64,000 nucleotides of DNA from Minisyncoccota bacterium (GTDB lineage: Bacteria; Patescibacteriota; Minisyncoccia; Minisyncoccales; JAGOPM01): the NCBI GenBank assembly GCA_041651395.1, contig JBAZJI010000001.1, positions 25,169-89,168 on the forward strand. Reading direction: 5' to 3'. Of the stretch, positions 51,844 through 60,327 are shown piece after piece. The first letter of the stretch is position 1. Each line of letters begins with the position of its first letter. The position numbers and the translations under genes were made by a program. Under the pieces are notes generated by a model. The model had not been told where the DNA came from, ran no database searches, and worked only from the letters and a program-made list of their open reading frames with translations.

Positions 51844-54540
51844 ATGCTAAATCCGGGAGGAAATTTTACCAACAAAACCCAGGAGGCGCTTTTCAATGCG
51901 CAAGAAATTGCCCGCGAGCGGGGGCAACAGCAAATTGACGCGCTTCATTTACTTTTTTCTTTGCTTTCTCAAGGAGACACTATTGTCCTCAAAACCTTGA
52001 GGCGTTTTACAGTTGATTTGGAGGCTTTAAGGATGATGTGCGAAGACGCCATCTCCCGTTTGCCTTCCAGTAATGCTAAAGCTAATTCTCAATTTTTTCT
52101 TTCCCCGGATATGGCCAAATCTTTGGAATTTGCTAGAGAAGAGGCTTTATCTATGGAGGATGAATTCATTTCCGTCGAACATCTTCTTTTGGCCATCTTA
52201 AAAGTCGGCACTAAAGCCCGGGCGCTCTTGGAACACGCTCCGATCAGTGAAAAAATGGAGCAAGACGGAAAAGCTGCAGTCTTAAATTACCAAACGGTAC
52301 GGGAAGTGGTTTTACAGCTGCGTGCCGGTTCAAAAGTAAACGATCCCGATCCGGAAACAAAATTACAGGTGATTGAAAAATATTCCCGAAATCTGACAGC
52401 CTTAGCTGCCGAGGGTAAACTTGATCCGGTCATAGGTCGGGAGGAAGAAATTCGGCGTGTAGTTCAAATTATCAGCCGCCGAACCAAGAACAATCCTGTT
52501 TTGGTCGGAGAGCCGGGCGTGGGCAAGACCGCCATTGTTGAGGGTATTGCTCAGCGTATTGTTTCTGGCCAAGTGCCCGAAAGTATTAAAAGTAAAACCC
52601 TTTTGGAATTGGATTTAGGCGCCTTGGTGGCTGGGACCAAATATCGCGGAGAATTTGAGAGTCGAGTAAAAGCCTTACTAAAAGAGATTTCGCAAGCCAA
52701 AGATAAATATTTGCTTTTTATTGACGAGCTCCATACTGTTGTGGGCGCGGGTGCGGCCGAGGGTTCAATTGATGCGGCTAATTTATTAAAACCGGCTTTG
52801 GCGCGAGGGGAATTGCATGCCATTGGCGCAACTACCTTAAAAGAATTTCAAAAATATATCGAGCAGGATGCGGCCTTGGAGAGGCGATTCCAACCTGTTT
52901 ATGTGCAAGAACCAAATATCGAGGATACGATTTCTATTTTGCGGGGGTTAAGAGAGAAATATGAATTACACCACGGGGTGCGCATCAAAGATTCTTCTAT
53001 AGTGGCTGCCGCTAATTTGTCGGCCCGCTATATTACCGACAGGCAGCTCCCGGATAAAGCTGTAGATGTGATTGATGAAGCCGCTTCAAAACTCAGATTG
53101 GAGATAGAAAGCGAACCCTTGGAGGTTAACACTTTTAAGCGTGATATTCAGCGTTTAGAAATTGAAAAAGAAGCGCTTAAAAAGGAAAATGACGCTAAGA
53201 GTAAAAAGCGTTTAGCCGAAGTGGACGCCGAACTTTTGAGCTTCCGTTCCAAAGAAAACGACTTGGAAAAAAAGTGGATCAATGAAAGGACGCTTATTAA
53301 AGAGATAAAAGATCTAAAACGCAAGATTGATGAGCTGAATTTTGAGGGCGAAAAAGCCCAGCGTGAGACTAATTTTCAAAGGGTCGCGGAAATAAAATAT
53401 GGAGCCATTCCCGAGGCGCAAAAAAAGCTTGAGGATGCAGAAAAGAAATTAGCCAGATTTCAGAAACAATACCGCACGCTCAAGGAAGATGTCGACCCCG
53501 AGGATGTAGCCAATGTCATTGCACAGTGGACGGGTATTCCGGTCAAAAAACTTATGACCGAGGAAGCGGCTAAATTGGAGAATTTGGAGGATATTTTGCA
53601 TCAGCGCATCGTAGATCAAAGCGATGCCATTAAGGCCATCGCTAATGCCATCAGACGCTCTCGCGCTGGTATCGCCGAAGAAAATCGTCCGATCGGTTCC
53701 TTTATGTTTTTAGGTCCGACCGGTGTTGGTAAAACCGAAACCGCCAAAGCTTTGGCCGAGGTGCTTTTTAATGATGAAAAAGCCATTGTGCGGCTGGACA
53801 TGTCCGAATACATGGAAAAGCATAGTGTCTCCAAAATAATTGGTTCTCCTCCCGGCTATGTCGGTTATGAAGAGGGTGGACAGCTTACCGAAAAAATCAG
53901 GCACAGGCCTTATAGTATTTTGCTTTTGGATGAAATCGAAAAAGCCAATCCCGACGTGTTCAATATGCTTTTGCAGATTTTGGAAGATGGCCGCTTAACT
54001 GATGCTAAAGGCCGTTTAGTGTCTTTTAAGAATACGATAATTATTATGACCTCTAATCTCGGCTCGGAATACATTTCTCAGGGGGACACATTGGGCTTTT
54101 CCAATATAGCAGGGGATTTATCCCAAAAAGACAATGCGAACGAGAAGATTTCCAGTGTGTTAAAAGAATATTTTCGTCCGGAATTCCTCAACAGGATAGA
54201 CGAGATTGTAATTTTTAATTATTTGGGTAAAAAGGAAATCCGCCAGATTGTAGATTTGGAGATTTCTAAAGTAGCCAAGAGATTATTGGCTAAGGGAGTG
54301 CAAATAGAGATGACTGTGAAGGCGAAAGAGTTTTTGGCCGAAAAAGGCTTTGATAGGCACTTTGGTGCCAGACCGCTTAAGCGGGTAATCCAAAATTTAA
54401 TTTTGAATCCTTTAGCGCTTAAGCTTGTTTCCAGCGAGATTATCGAAGGTCAAAAAATTTCTATTGACGATAAGGGCGGAGAGATAGTTTTTGTGAGCTT
54501 GGGAGCGTCGAAAAAAAATATTAAGGAAAAGAAAAAATGA
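51844..54540 (+). CDS. clpB: Chaperone disaggregase ClpB
   Basis: Clp N domain, two AAA+ modules (GEPGVGKT; GPTGVGKT), long coiled-coil M domain. 898 aa. Confidence 0.95.
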   Translation: MLNPGGNFTNKTQEALFNAQEIARERGQQQIDALHLLFSLLSQGDTIVLKTLRRFTVDLEALRMMCEDAISRLPSSNAKANSQFFLSPDMAKSLEFAREEALSMEDEFISVEHLLLAILKVGTKARALLEHAPISEKMEQDGKAAVLNYQTVREVVLQLRAGSKVNDPDPETKLQVIEKYSRNLTALAAEGKLDPVIGREEEIRRVVQIISRRTKNNPVLVGEPGVGKTAIVEGIAQRIVSGQVPESIKSKTLLELDLGALVAGTKYRGEFESRVKALLKEISQAKDKYLLFIDELHTVVGAGAAEGSIDAANLLKPALARGELHAIGATTLKEFQKYIEQDAALERRFQPVYVQEPNIEDTISILRGLREKYELHHGVRIKDSSIVAAANLSARYITDRQLPDKAVDVIDEAASKLRLEIESEPLEVNTFKRDIQRLEIEKEALKKENDAKSKKRLAEVDAELLSFRSKENDLEKKWINERTLIKEIKDLKRKIDELNFEGEKAQRETNFQRVAEIKYGAIPEAQKKLEDAEKKLARFQKQYRTLKEDVDPEDVANVIAQWTGIPVKKLMTEEAAKLENLEDILHQRIVDQSDAIKAIANAIRRSRAGIAEENRPIGSFMFLGPTGVGKTETAKALAEVLFNDEKAIVRLDMSEYMEKHSVSKIIGSPPGYVGYEEGGQLTEKIRHRPYSILLLDEIEKANPDVFNMLLQILEDGRLTDAKGRLVSFKNTIIIMTSNLGSEYISQGDTLGFSNIAGDLSQKDNANEKISSVLKEYFRPEFLNRIDEIVIFNYLGKKEIRQIVDLEISKVAKRLLAKGVQIEMTVKAKEFLAEKGFDRHFGARPLKRVIQNLILNPLALKLVSSEIIEGQKISIDDKGGEIVFVSLGASKKNIKEKKK

Positions 54541-55199
54541 ACAATTTTTCAAAAGTTTTATTAATTATTTTACTTTCAGTGATTGGGGGTATTATCGGTT
54601 CGCAAATTTTTGCACCCAAGGAGCAAGAGGAAGTCGGAGCTGTTAAGACCCAAATGATAGAAAGAAAGTATTATATTCAAGAAAACGAAGCCATCGCGGA
54701 AGCTTTTTTGAAGGCCAAAAAATCAGTGGGGTCGTTCTCCTGTGAGGTTTTTTATCAAAAATTTTCCGGGGAAGCGGTAGTTTTGACGCGCGACGGTTTG
54801 GCGGTTGCCTCTTTGCCGGGCATGCCTTCAACCTGCAAAGGAAAGATTAAATTGGACGGCAAGGAATACGATTTTAATGTAGAAAAGCAAGAGCAGAATT
54901 TATCGCTCTTAAGAATCCAAGCTAAGGATCTTGTTTCGGCTGATTTGGCTGATATCGAAGCTAAGGATATCGGCAAGAATATTTTTAGCCTTGTAGTTCA
55001 AGAAAACTCCGCTGATTCAGATTACGCAATTACTTATGGTTATATCCGATACATATCAGCGCAGGATATTTTAATTTCCAAAGATTCTGCCAAGGATAAT
55101 TTACCGGTTTTTGATGCGCGCGGTCGGCTTCTGGGAATAAATAAGGGCGAAGGCTTAATAGTCGCTTCGACCTTAAAAGCGGTTTTGGATGCCAAGTAA
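54537..55199 (+). CDS. Membrane-anchored trypsin-fold (HtrA-like) protein lacking the catalytic triad
   Basis: TM anchor. Colinear with the S1C pattern but His, Asp and Ser positions read LAVAS, NLSLLRI and KDNLPVFDARGRLLGIN. ATGA overlap with clpB. Confidence 0.45.
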   Translation: MNNFSKVLLIILLSVIGGIIGSQIFAPKEQEEVGAVKTQMIERKYYIQENEAIAEAFLKAKKSVGSFSCEVFYQKFSGEAVVLTRDGLAVASLPGMPSTCKGKIKLDGKEYDFNVEKQEQNLSLLRIQAKDLVSADLADIEAKDIGKNIFSLVVQENSADSDYAITYGYIRYISAQDILISKDSAKDNLPVFDARGRLLGINKGEGLIVASTLKAVLDAK

Positions 55200-55211
55200 T
55201 TTGTAATTATC

Positions 55212-55244
55212 AGTCGCCCGGCTTGAATGCCCGGGCGACTTTTT
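55212..55244 (+). terminator. Intrinsic terminator between convergent genes
   Basis: 10-bp stem agtcgcccgg / ccgggcgact, 9-nt loop, T-run at 55240-55244. Confidence 0.75.
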
Positions 55245-55246
55245 GG

Positions 55247-58200
55247 CTAAATTTTGGGAGTTTCACTAATAGTGACCATTGGCTCGGTAACGTTGATAAT
55301 GTTGGTGTAGGGACTGCTAGTGAGCCCGTTAGAGTCGATAACAATTAATGAGGCATTATATTGCCCGATTTGCAGGTAGGAATAATTGGCTTGGGGCAGA
55401 TTAGTTGTCTGTTTTAGGCCTGAGCCAAAATCCCAATCGTATTGAATGATAGTCCCAGTGGCGCAACTCGAGCTGGAAGCATTAAATAAAACTCTTTTAG
55501 GCAAGATTTCGAAGGTAAAGAATGCTGTCGGTGAATCAAAGATTTGTGCCAAGGTAGTGGTAGTTTGCAACTCTGAGGAGCTAGCGGTTGTTATTGGGCT
55601 AGAAGTGGGATTTAGGATATTTGTTTTGCTATTAGGGAGGCCGGGCGTGGGCAGTGATTCAAACCAGCCATCTTCAAAATATTGCAACGAATCACCATTG
55701 CCATTAGCGCCTTCTATCGCCAAATAAGTTTTTTCGCTGGCTTGCGAATCATTACACCGCAAAGAGATTTTTTGCGTTGTATTGGGTAAAGAAAAATTGG
55801 CCCGTAAGAGCAGGGATCTGAACTCCGGATATTGGGCGAGAAAAAGCGAAGGATCTTTATCATTTAAGATTATGGCAAAGTCCCTAGCGCCCAGAGAAGA
55901 CGTCGGCGACAAATAATAAAGATTGTGGCTGGATTCTTTGTCAGATTGCCAATCAAGTATTTTACAGGCCTCAAGATTAACTATTTCTCCGGCGTTATAA
56001 ATTTCTATCCATTCTTTTTGGCTATCCGATCCCGAAGCGTCATACATTATTTCATTTATCCTTAAATCATATTGAATCGGCGGTATTAAGGTATCAAGAG
56101 TACTGCTCGCGGCGCTGGAAGAAGAAGCTACTTGAGTATTTTGGGGCAAAGAATCAAAGACAGAACTTTGTATACTAGTGGTTGAGAAAGTATTTTTTTC
56201 ATTGGGGGTAGGCACAGATTCTAACCAAGAGCCGTCGAATAATTGCAGCGAATTACCATTGCCATTAGCGCCGCTGCTACTGGCGTAAGAGAAACTGTCG
56301 ATTACGATCTCGTCTTTTTTTAGATAAATAGTTGTGCCATTATTGGGAAGCGAGAGGGCGCTCTTTAGAATTATTCCACTATCGCTACCACTGGCAAAAG
56401 CCGCCTTAAAGGTAAGAGGATCGGGCGAAAGGATGGCATATCCATTGGGGGCAATCTCGGAGCTACTGCTCGCTAAAACTATTTTGTGGTTATTTTCATT
56501 GACGGCGATTTTATATTCAGTCAAATTGCAGGCAAAATTACTGTTATTATAAATTTCTATCCATTCTTTGCCTGTATCGCTTCCTGAAAAGTTATACATT
56601 ACTTCATTAATTTTGAGCTCGCAGGAAGGGGGCGGAATTTTTTCTGGGACGCCGCCACCCGAGGAAGGTTTTTTATCGGTCGTTATATTTTTCCTGATTT
56701 TTCTCTCTTCCGTTTTATTCTTGGGGGAAGTGCAGGAAGTTTGGTTGCGGGAATTCTTGGGACAAGCTTGTTCCACTAAAGAAAAATCTTCTTGGTTATT
56801 ATTGGAATCATGCAATAAATAATCAGCGCTTTTGCGCCGCAGGCAGTAATCGGTTTTAAGCCCGCCGCCGAGAAAATAAAAATTTTCTTGGGCGCAGGGG
56901 AGAATTTTTTCTCCAAAAGATAGGGTATCGCAAATATTATTGAGGCAAATTTGGGTGCAGCCGATTTTGGAAAGCCCGGAAGCGTAAGTAGCATCCGGCT
57001 CGATGAGACTGGCCCCGATTTTAACCGCTTTAGGTGATAAGAGGAAAGATCCTTTAGCGGGGATTGTTTCTTGCAGAAATTTAAGGCGTTTTTCGGAGAA
57101 TTTTCCCGCAGAATTGGCTATTTTCAGGACAAAGCCCGAACCAAGGCTGATGGGAAAATTATTGGGATTATAAACGGTGAGGTATTCATTGTCAGCAGTA
57201 TCAATGCCGGCACAGAGTTCATTTATCAAAATCGGGGAGATATTTTCAGTTTTACTTTTTTCCGGTTTTTCTTTGCCGGCCTTGGGCGGCTTTTCCTTAA
57301 TTTGTTTGGCTGTCTCTTTAATGCTGGCGCTCAAGACTTTGCCTTTCTGAAGCCGAGCCGTAAGAGCGTTTGAACTTGTTGTGGCATTTTTCCCTAAGTC
57401 GAGAGGCAGGACTTTTTGGGGATCGTCGAGCCGCTGGACAATATTAGCTAAAGAGACTGGCTCTCCGCCCAAGGGAATATATATTTCCTCTTCGATTTTA
57501 ATCAAAAGCAAGTCAATTTTGATTGGAATATAAATGCCAAGTTTAGGCGATTTAATCAGTCTGCTGTGGTTGGCCAATTTTTCTTGAAGTGATTTGATGG
57601 GGGTCAATTTATAGATTTGATCGCCAAAATTGACCCTTGTCCCGCTTTTTGCATCATTGATGCTCCAACCGGTAATGCCGTAAGCATTATACCAGTTGGC
57701 CAGCTCCTGCGCGTCAGGTAAGCCATTGGCGTTAGCGTCAGGGAAAATGGCATGCGAGCCTGCTTCAATAAGGAGAGTAACATGTTCCAAATTTGCATCT
57801 CTGATTTCATTATTAGCCGCAATTATTTTGGTATCACTACCCAGATGGGCGCTGCCGACAAATTTTAAGGCCTGTCCCGTTTTGCCGTCAAGAAAAACGG
57901 TAAAAACTTCCGCATCGCCAAAATGTTTATTGAGGAAATCATTAAAAATATAAAATTGCCAATACTGTATCGTGTAGTCACCCTCAGGGGACATTTTTAC
58001 TTCATAAAATATTTCAAAGTCCTGCAACTTTTCAAATTTTGTTTTTTGGCAATATTTTGCTAGCGCTTGGCTGCCTGTCACTTCTTGACCGGTTTGGTCA
58101 AAGTAATATTTACTATAATCGCAGGGAAAGTATTTTTCTTGGGCCGCAAATAAAAAATTAGGCGCAAATTTTTTTACTAGTAAATCATTTTCCGCAGCCC

Positions 58201-58279
58201 GATCATCGGTTGGGCTAGCCCATAAAAGACCCGCACAAAAAATCGCAACGAGAGTTGCGAATAGTATTCTAAGCTTCAT
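55247..58279 (-). CDS. Large secreted protein: Vps62/DUF946-like N-domain, three lamin-tail (LTD) domains, C-terminal PKD domain
   Basis: Signal peptide. Vps62-like motifs (KKFAPNFLFAAQEKYFP, YWQFYIFND, HFGDAEVFTVFL, GSAHLG). LTD signatures at ~nt 57215-57240 (LINELCAG...YLTVYNP), ~56550-56630 (LKINEVMYNFSGSDTGKEWIEIYN) and ~55995-56070 (LRINEIMYDASGSDSQKEWIEIYN). PKD-like YDWDFGSG...YNASLIVIDSNG. Confidence 0.7.
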   Translation of the reverse strand: MKLRILFATLVAIFCAGLLWASPTDDRAAENDLLVKKFAPNFLFAAQEKYFPCDYSKYYFDQTGQEVTGSQALAKYCQKTKFEKLQDFEIFYEVKMSPEGDYTIQYWQFYIFNDFLNKHFGDAEVFTVFLDGKTGQALKFVGSAHLGSDTKIIAANNEIRDANLEHVTLLIEAGSHAIFPDANANGLPDAQELANWYNAYGITGWSINDAKSGTRVNFGDQIYKLTPIKSLQEKLANHSRLIKSPKLGIYIPIKIDLLLIKIEEEIYIPLGGEPVSLANIVQRLDDPQKVLPLDLGKNATTSSNALTARLQKGKVLSASIKETAKQIKEKPPKAGKEKPEKSKTENISPILINELCAGIDTADNEYLTVYNPNNFPISLGSGFVLKIANSAGKFSEKRLKFLQETIPAKGSFLLSPKAVKIGASLIEPDATYASGLSKIGCTQICLNNICDTLSFGEKILPCAQENFYFLGGGLKTDYCLRRKSADYLLHDSNNNQEDFSLVEQACPKNSRNQTSCTSPKNKTEERKIRKNITTDKKPSSGGGVPEKIPPPSCELKINEVMYNFSGSDTGKEWIEIYNNSNFACNLTEYKIAVNENNHKIVLASSSSEIAPNGYAILSPDPLTFKAAFASGSDSGIILKSALSLPNNGTTIYLKKDEIVIDSFSYASSSGANGNGNSLQLFDGSWLESVPTPNEKNTFSTTSIQSSVFDSLPQNTQVASSSSAASSTLDTLIPPIQYDLRINEIMYDASGSDSQKEWIEIYNAGEIVNLEACKILDWQSDKESSHNLYYLSPTSSLGARDFAIILNDKDPSLFLAQYPEFRSLLLRANFSLPNTTQKISLRCNDSQASEKTYLAIEGANGNGDSLQYFEDGWFESLPTPGLPNSKTNILNPTSSPITTASSSELQTTTTLAQIFDSPTAFFTFEILPKRVLFNASSSSCATGTIIQYDWDFGSGLKQTTNLPQANYSYLQIGQYNASLIVIDSNGLTSSPYTNIINVTEPMVTISETPKI

Positions 58280-58886
58280 AAATTGTTAATTGCCTTTTTT
58301 CGCCTGTGGCTAGCCCGAAAAATATCGCCAAACAGACAAAAGTTATTATTTGGGCTGCTAGCTGACTACTCGTGATTAGGAAAATAAAATTACCAAAAGC
58401 CGGGGCGAAAAATGCAGCCGCGGCAAAATACAGTCCGGCCCGCAATGTATTTCTCCAAGAAAATTTGCCGCTTAAAAGACCTAACAAGCCAAGATAGCTG
58501 GCGCTGAAAATAAAAAATTGCAGCCAGAGGTCCGCAAAATAATAATTTTCAAAATTTACAATATTGCCGGAAAGTGCATCGGAAATATTTAGAGCGCGAA
58601 AGGGGATTCTCCAGATCCGCGACAGCTGCAGGGAGGAAATTGTAAAAGCCTGAGCCAGAACAAAGGAGGCCCCAGCGCAGAAAATGCTTTTTAAGATTTG
58701 AACTCCGGTGGTTTCCTGGCGCAAGAAGCTCCGCAGTATGGCTAAAAGTAAAATGGGCAGGATAAGCGAAAGCGGGGAAATGGCCATTGAGCTTTGATTA
58801 AACGACCGAGCCTGCCATGCCCAAATCAAGCCCAAGGAAGCATACCAGAGTAAAGGAAATTTTTGTTTTAAGAGGACATTTTCCAT
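58269..58886 (-). CDS. Polytopic (~6 TM) membrane protein of unknown function, overlaps the start of the LTD protein gene by 11 nt
   Basis: Hydrophobic profile only. No motif recognised. Confidence 0.55.
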   Translation of the reverse strand: MENVLLKQKFPLLWYASLGLIWAWQARSFNQSSMAISPLSLILPILLLAILRSFLRQETTGVQILKSIFCAGASFVLAQAFTISSLQLSRIWRIPFRALNISDALSGNIVNFENYYFADLWLQFFIFSASYLGLLGLLSGKFSWRNTLRAGLYFAAAAFFAPAFGNFIFLITSSQLAAQIITFVCLAIFFGLATGEKRQLTIYEA

Positions 58887-58891
58887 ACCTA

Positions 58892-58973
58892 ATTTTAACG
58901 CATTTTGACCCGGAAAAGCAAGTAAATAAAGGGGTCAATGCCCCTTGATTTATGGGTCAAAATCTGGTATCAT
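58892..58973. promoter_or_regulatory. Divergent promoter pair with a 10-bp inverted repeat (attttgaccc / gggtcaaaat) in both spacers, plus a central hairpin
   Basis: Plus strand: TTGATT (58945-50), 17-nt spacer, TATCAT (58968-73). Minus strand: TTGCTT (58921-16), 18-nt spacer, TAAAAT (58897-92). Repeat arms at 58902-58911 and 58954-58963. Central aagggg/cccctt hairpin at 58929-58946. Confidence 0.55.
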
Positions 58974-58988
58974 TAAGCAATCCGGAAT

Positions 58989-59672
58989 ATGGACAAAAAC
59001 TATATTCTTCAACTTACTCTTGGCCTCTATAAGGTCACGGAATTGTTTCCGGAAAGAGAGCCCTTGAGGTATAAAATAAGGGAAAAGGCCAATGATATCT
59101 ATGCGGGTATCGCTACCTCCAATTTTTGCGAGAATCGGAATAATTGTGAGGTGATTTTGAATGACCTTGGTGTCCTTAATGCGTTTTTAGAATTGGCCAG
59201 AATGCATAATTGGGCCAATGAACGTAATTTTGTTGTTTTATCACAGGGTTATTTAGCTTTAGAGCAGGATATCCAAAAGAAATTATTAGAGGACAAAATT
59301 GTTAAGGGGACAAAAGCCTATGTTATGTCCGCTAAGCCAGTCACTGATAATCAACCGATGTCCCATATCCAATCAGTTGGCCGCAGTATTCCCATTAAGG
59401 ACAAAGTAGTAAAAAAGAAAGAAACGCCCAAGAAGAAAAGCGATAGTTCCCTAAGTGGCGCCAAGAAAGCTAATGGGAACATAACGCGCAAATCTGATAT
59501 TCAGAAAATTTTAAGTCAAAAGGGCCCAATGAGATTGGTTCAATTAGTGAATAATTTTTCAGCCGTTAATAAGAGAACTTTGCGCCGCGACGTAGCTCGA
59601 TTAGTGGAAGAAAATGTTTTGGAACGCTACGATGTCGGGAAATTGACTTTTTACAAAATTAAATCCGTCTGA
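58989..59672 (+). CDS. Four-helix-bundle (23S rRNA IVS-protein-like) domain fused to a C-terminal winged-helix DNA-binding domain
   Basis: N-terminus LYKVTELFPEREPLRYKIREKAND resembles the four-helix-bundle family motif. Lys-rich linker. C-terminus KRTLRRDVARLVEENVLERYDVGKLTFY resembles a DeoR/wHTH domain. Confidence 0.5.
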   Translation: MDKNYILQLTLGLYKVTELFPEREPLRYKIREKANDIYAGIATSNFCENRNNCEVILNDLGVLNAFLELARMHNWANERNFVVLSQGYLALEQDIQKKLLEDKIVKGTKAYVMSAKPVTDNQPMSHIQSVGRSIPIKDKVVKKKETPKKKSDSSLSGAKKANGNITRKSDIQKILSQKGPMRLVQLVNNFSAVNKRTLRRDVARLVEENVLERYDVGKLTFYKIKSV

Positions 59673-59718
59673 TATTATATTTAGATGCAGGGGGAATTAA
59701 TTTTCCAGTCCTGATTTA

Positions 59719-60240
59719 ATGATTGCTGTGTCTATTAAATTTGATCCTAAAATTGAATTTGAGAAAAATTACCAAGAATACCTAAACAGTATTTTCCGTT
59801 TTGCATACATAAAGACTAATTCACAGTTTGAAGCCGAAGAAATCACCTCAGATGTTTTTGCCAAATATTGGCAAGAACTTACTAAGGGAAAGGATATCAA
59901 AAACCCGCGCGCCTTTTTATATCAATGTGCCAGAAATACGGTTATTGATTTTTATCGTAAGCGCGGTCGCAGTAATGTAGTTTCTTCAGAGGTGGTCAAT
60001 GAGCCTATCGACGAAAATCAGAATTTGGAGGGTCATGCTCAGACCGTCCTCAATATGGGACAAATTATTAATGTTTTGTCCTCATTGAAGGATGAATATC
60101 AGACCATTGTCGTTTGGTATTATTTAGACGAGTTGAGCATTCCCGAGATCGCTCGTAATTTGCATAAATCCGAGGGGGCGGTGCGCACTACCCTTAGCCG
60201 GGCTATGGAGCAGGTTAGGACCAAGGTCCAAAAGGCTTGA
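59719..60240 (+). CDS. ECF-type RNA polymerase sigma factor
   Basis: Region 2 (IFRFAYIKT...AEEITSDVFAKYW...ARNTVIDFYRKRGR) and region 4 HTH (LSIPEIARNLHKSEGAVRTTLSRAMEQVR). Confidence 0.85.
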   Translation: MIAVSIKFDPKIEFEKNYQEYLNSIFRFAYIKTNSQFEAEEITSDVFAKYWQELTKGKDIKNPRAFLYQCARNTVIDFYRKRGRSNVVSSEVVNEPIDENQNLEGHAQTVLNMGQIINVLSSLKDEYQTIVVWYYLDELSIPEIARNLHKSEGAVRTTLSRAMEQVRTKVQKA

Positions 60241-60272
60241 TTTTATTAGTAAAATATGGTACTGTAACAAAA

Positions 60273-60297
60273 GTGACGTTTAGACGTCATCTTTTTT
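60273..60297 (+). terminator. Terminator-like hairpin between the sigma and putative anti-sigma genes
   Basis: (g)tgacgt / acgtca(t) stem, ttag loop, then cTTTTTT. Confidence 0.5.
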
Positions 60298-60327
60298 GAA
60301 AGGTCAATCATTTTTCACCAAGATTAC

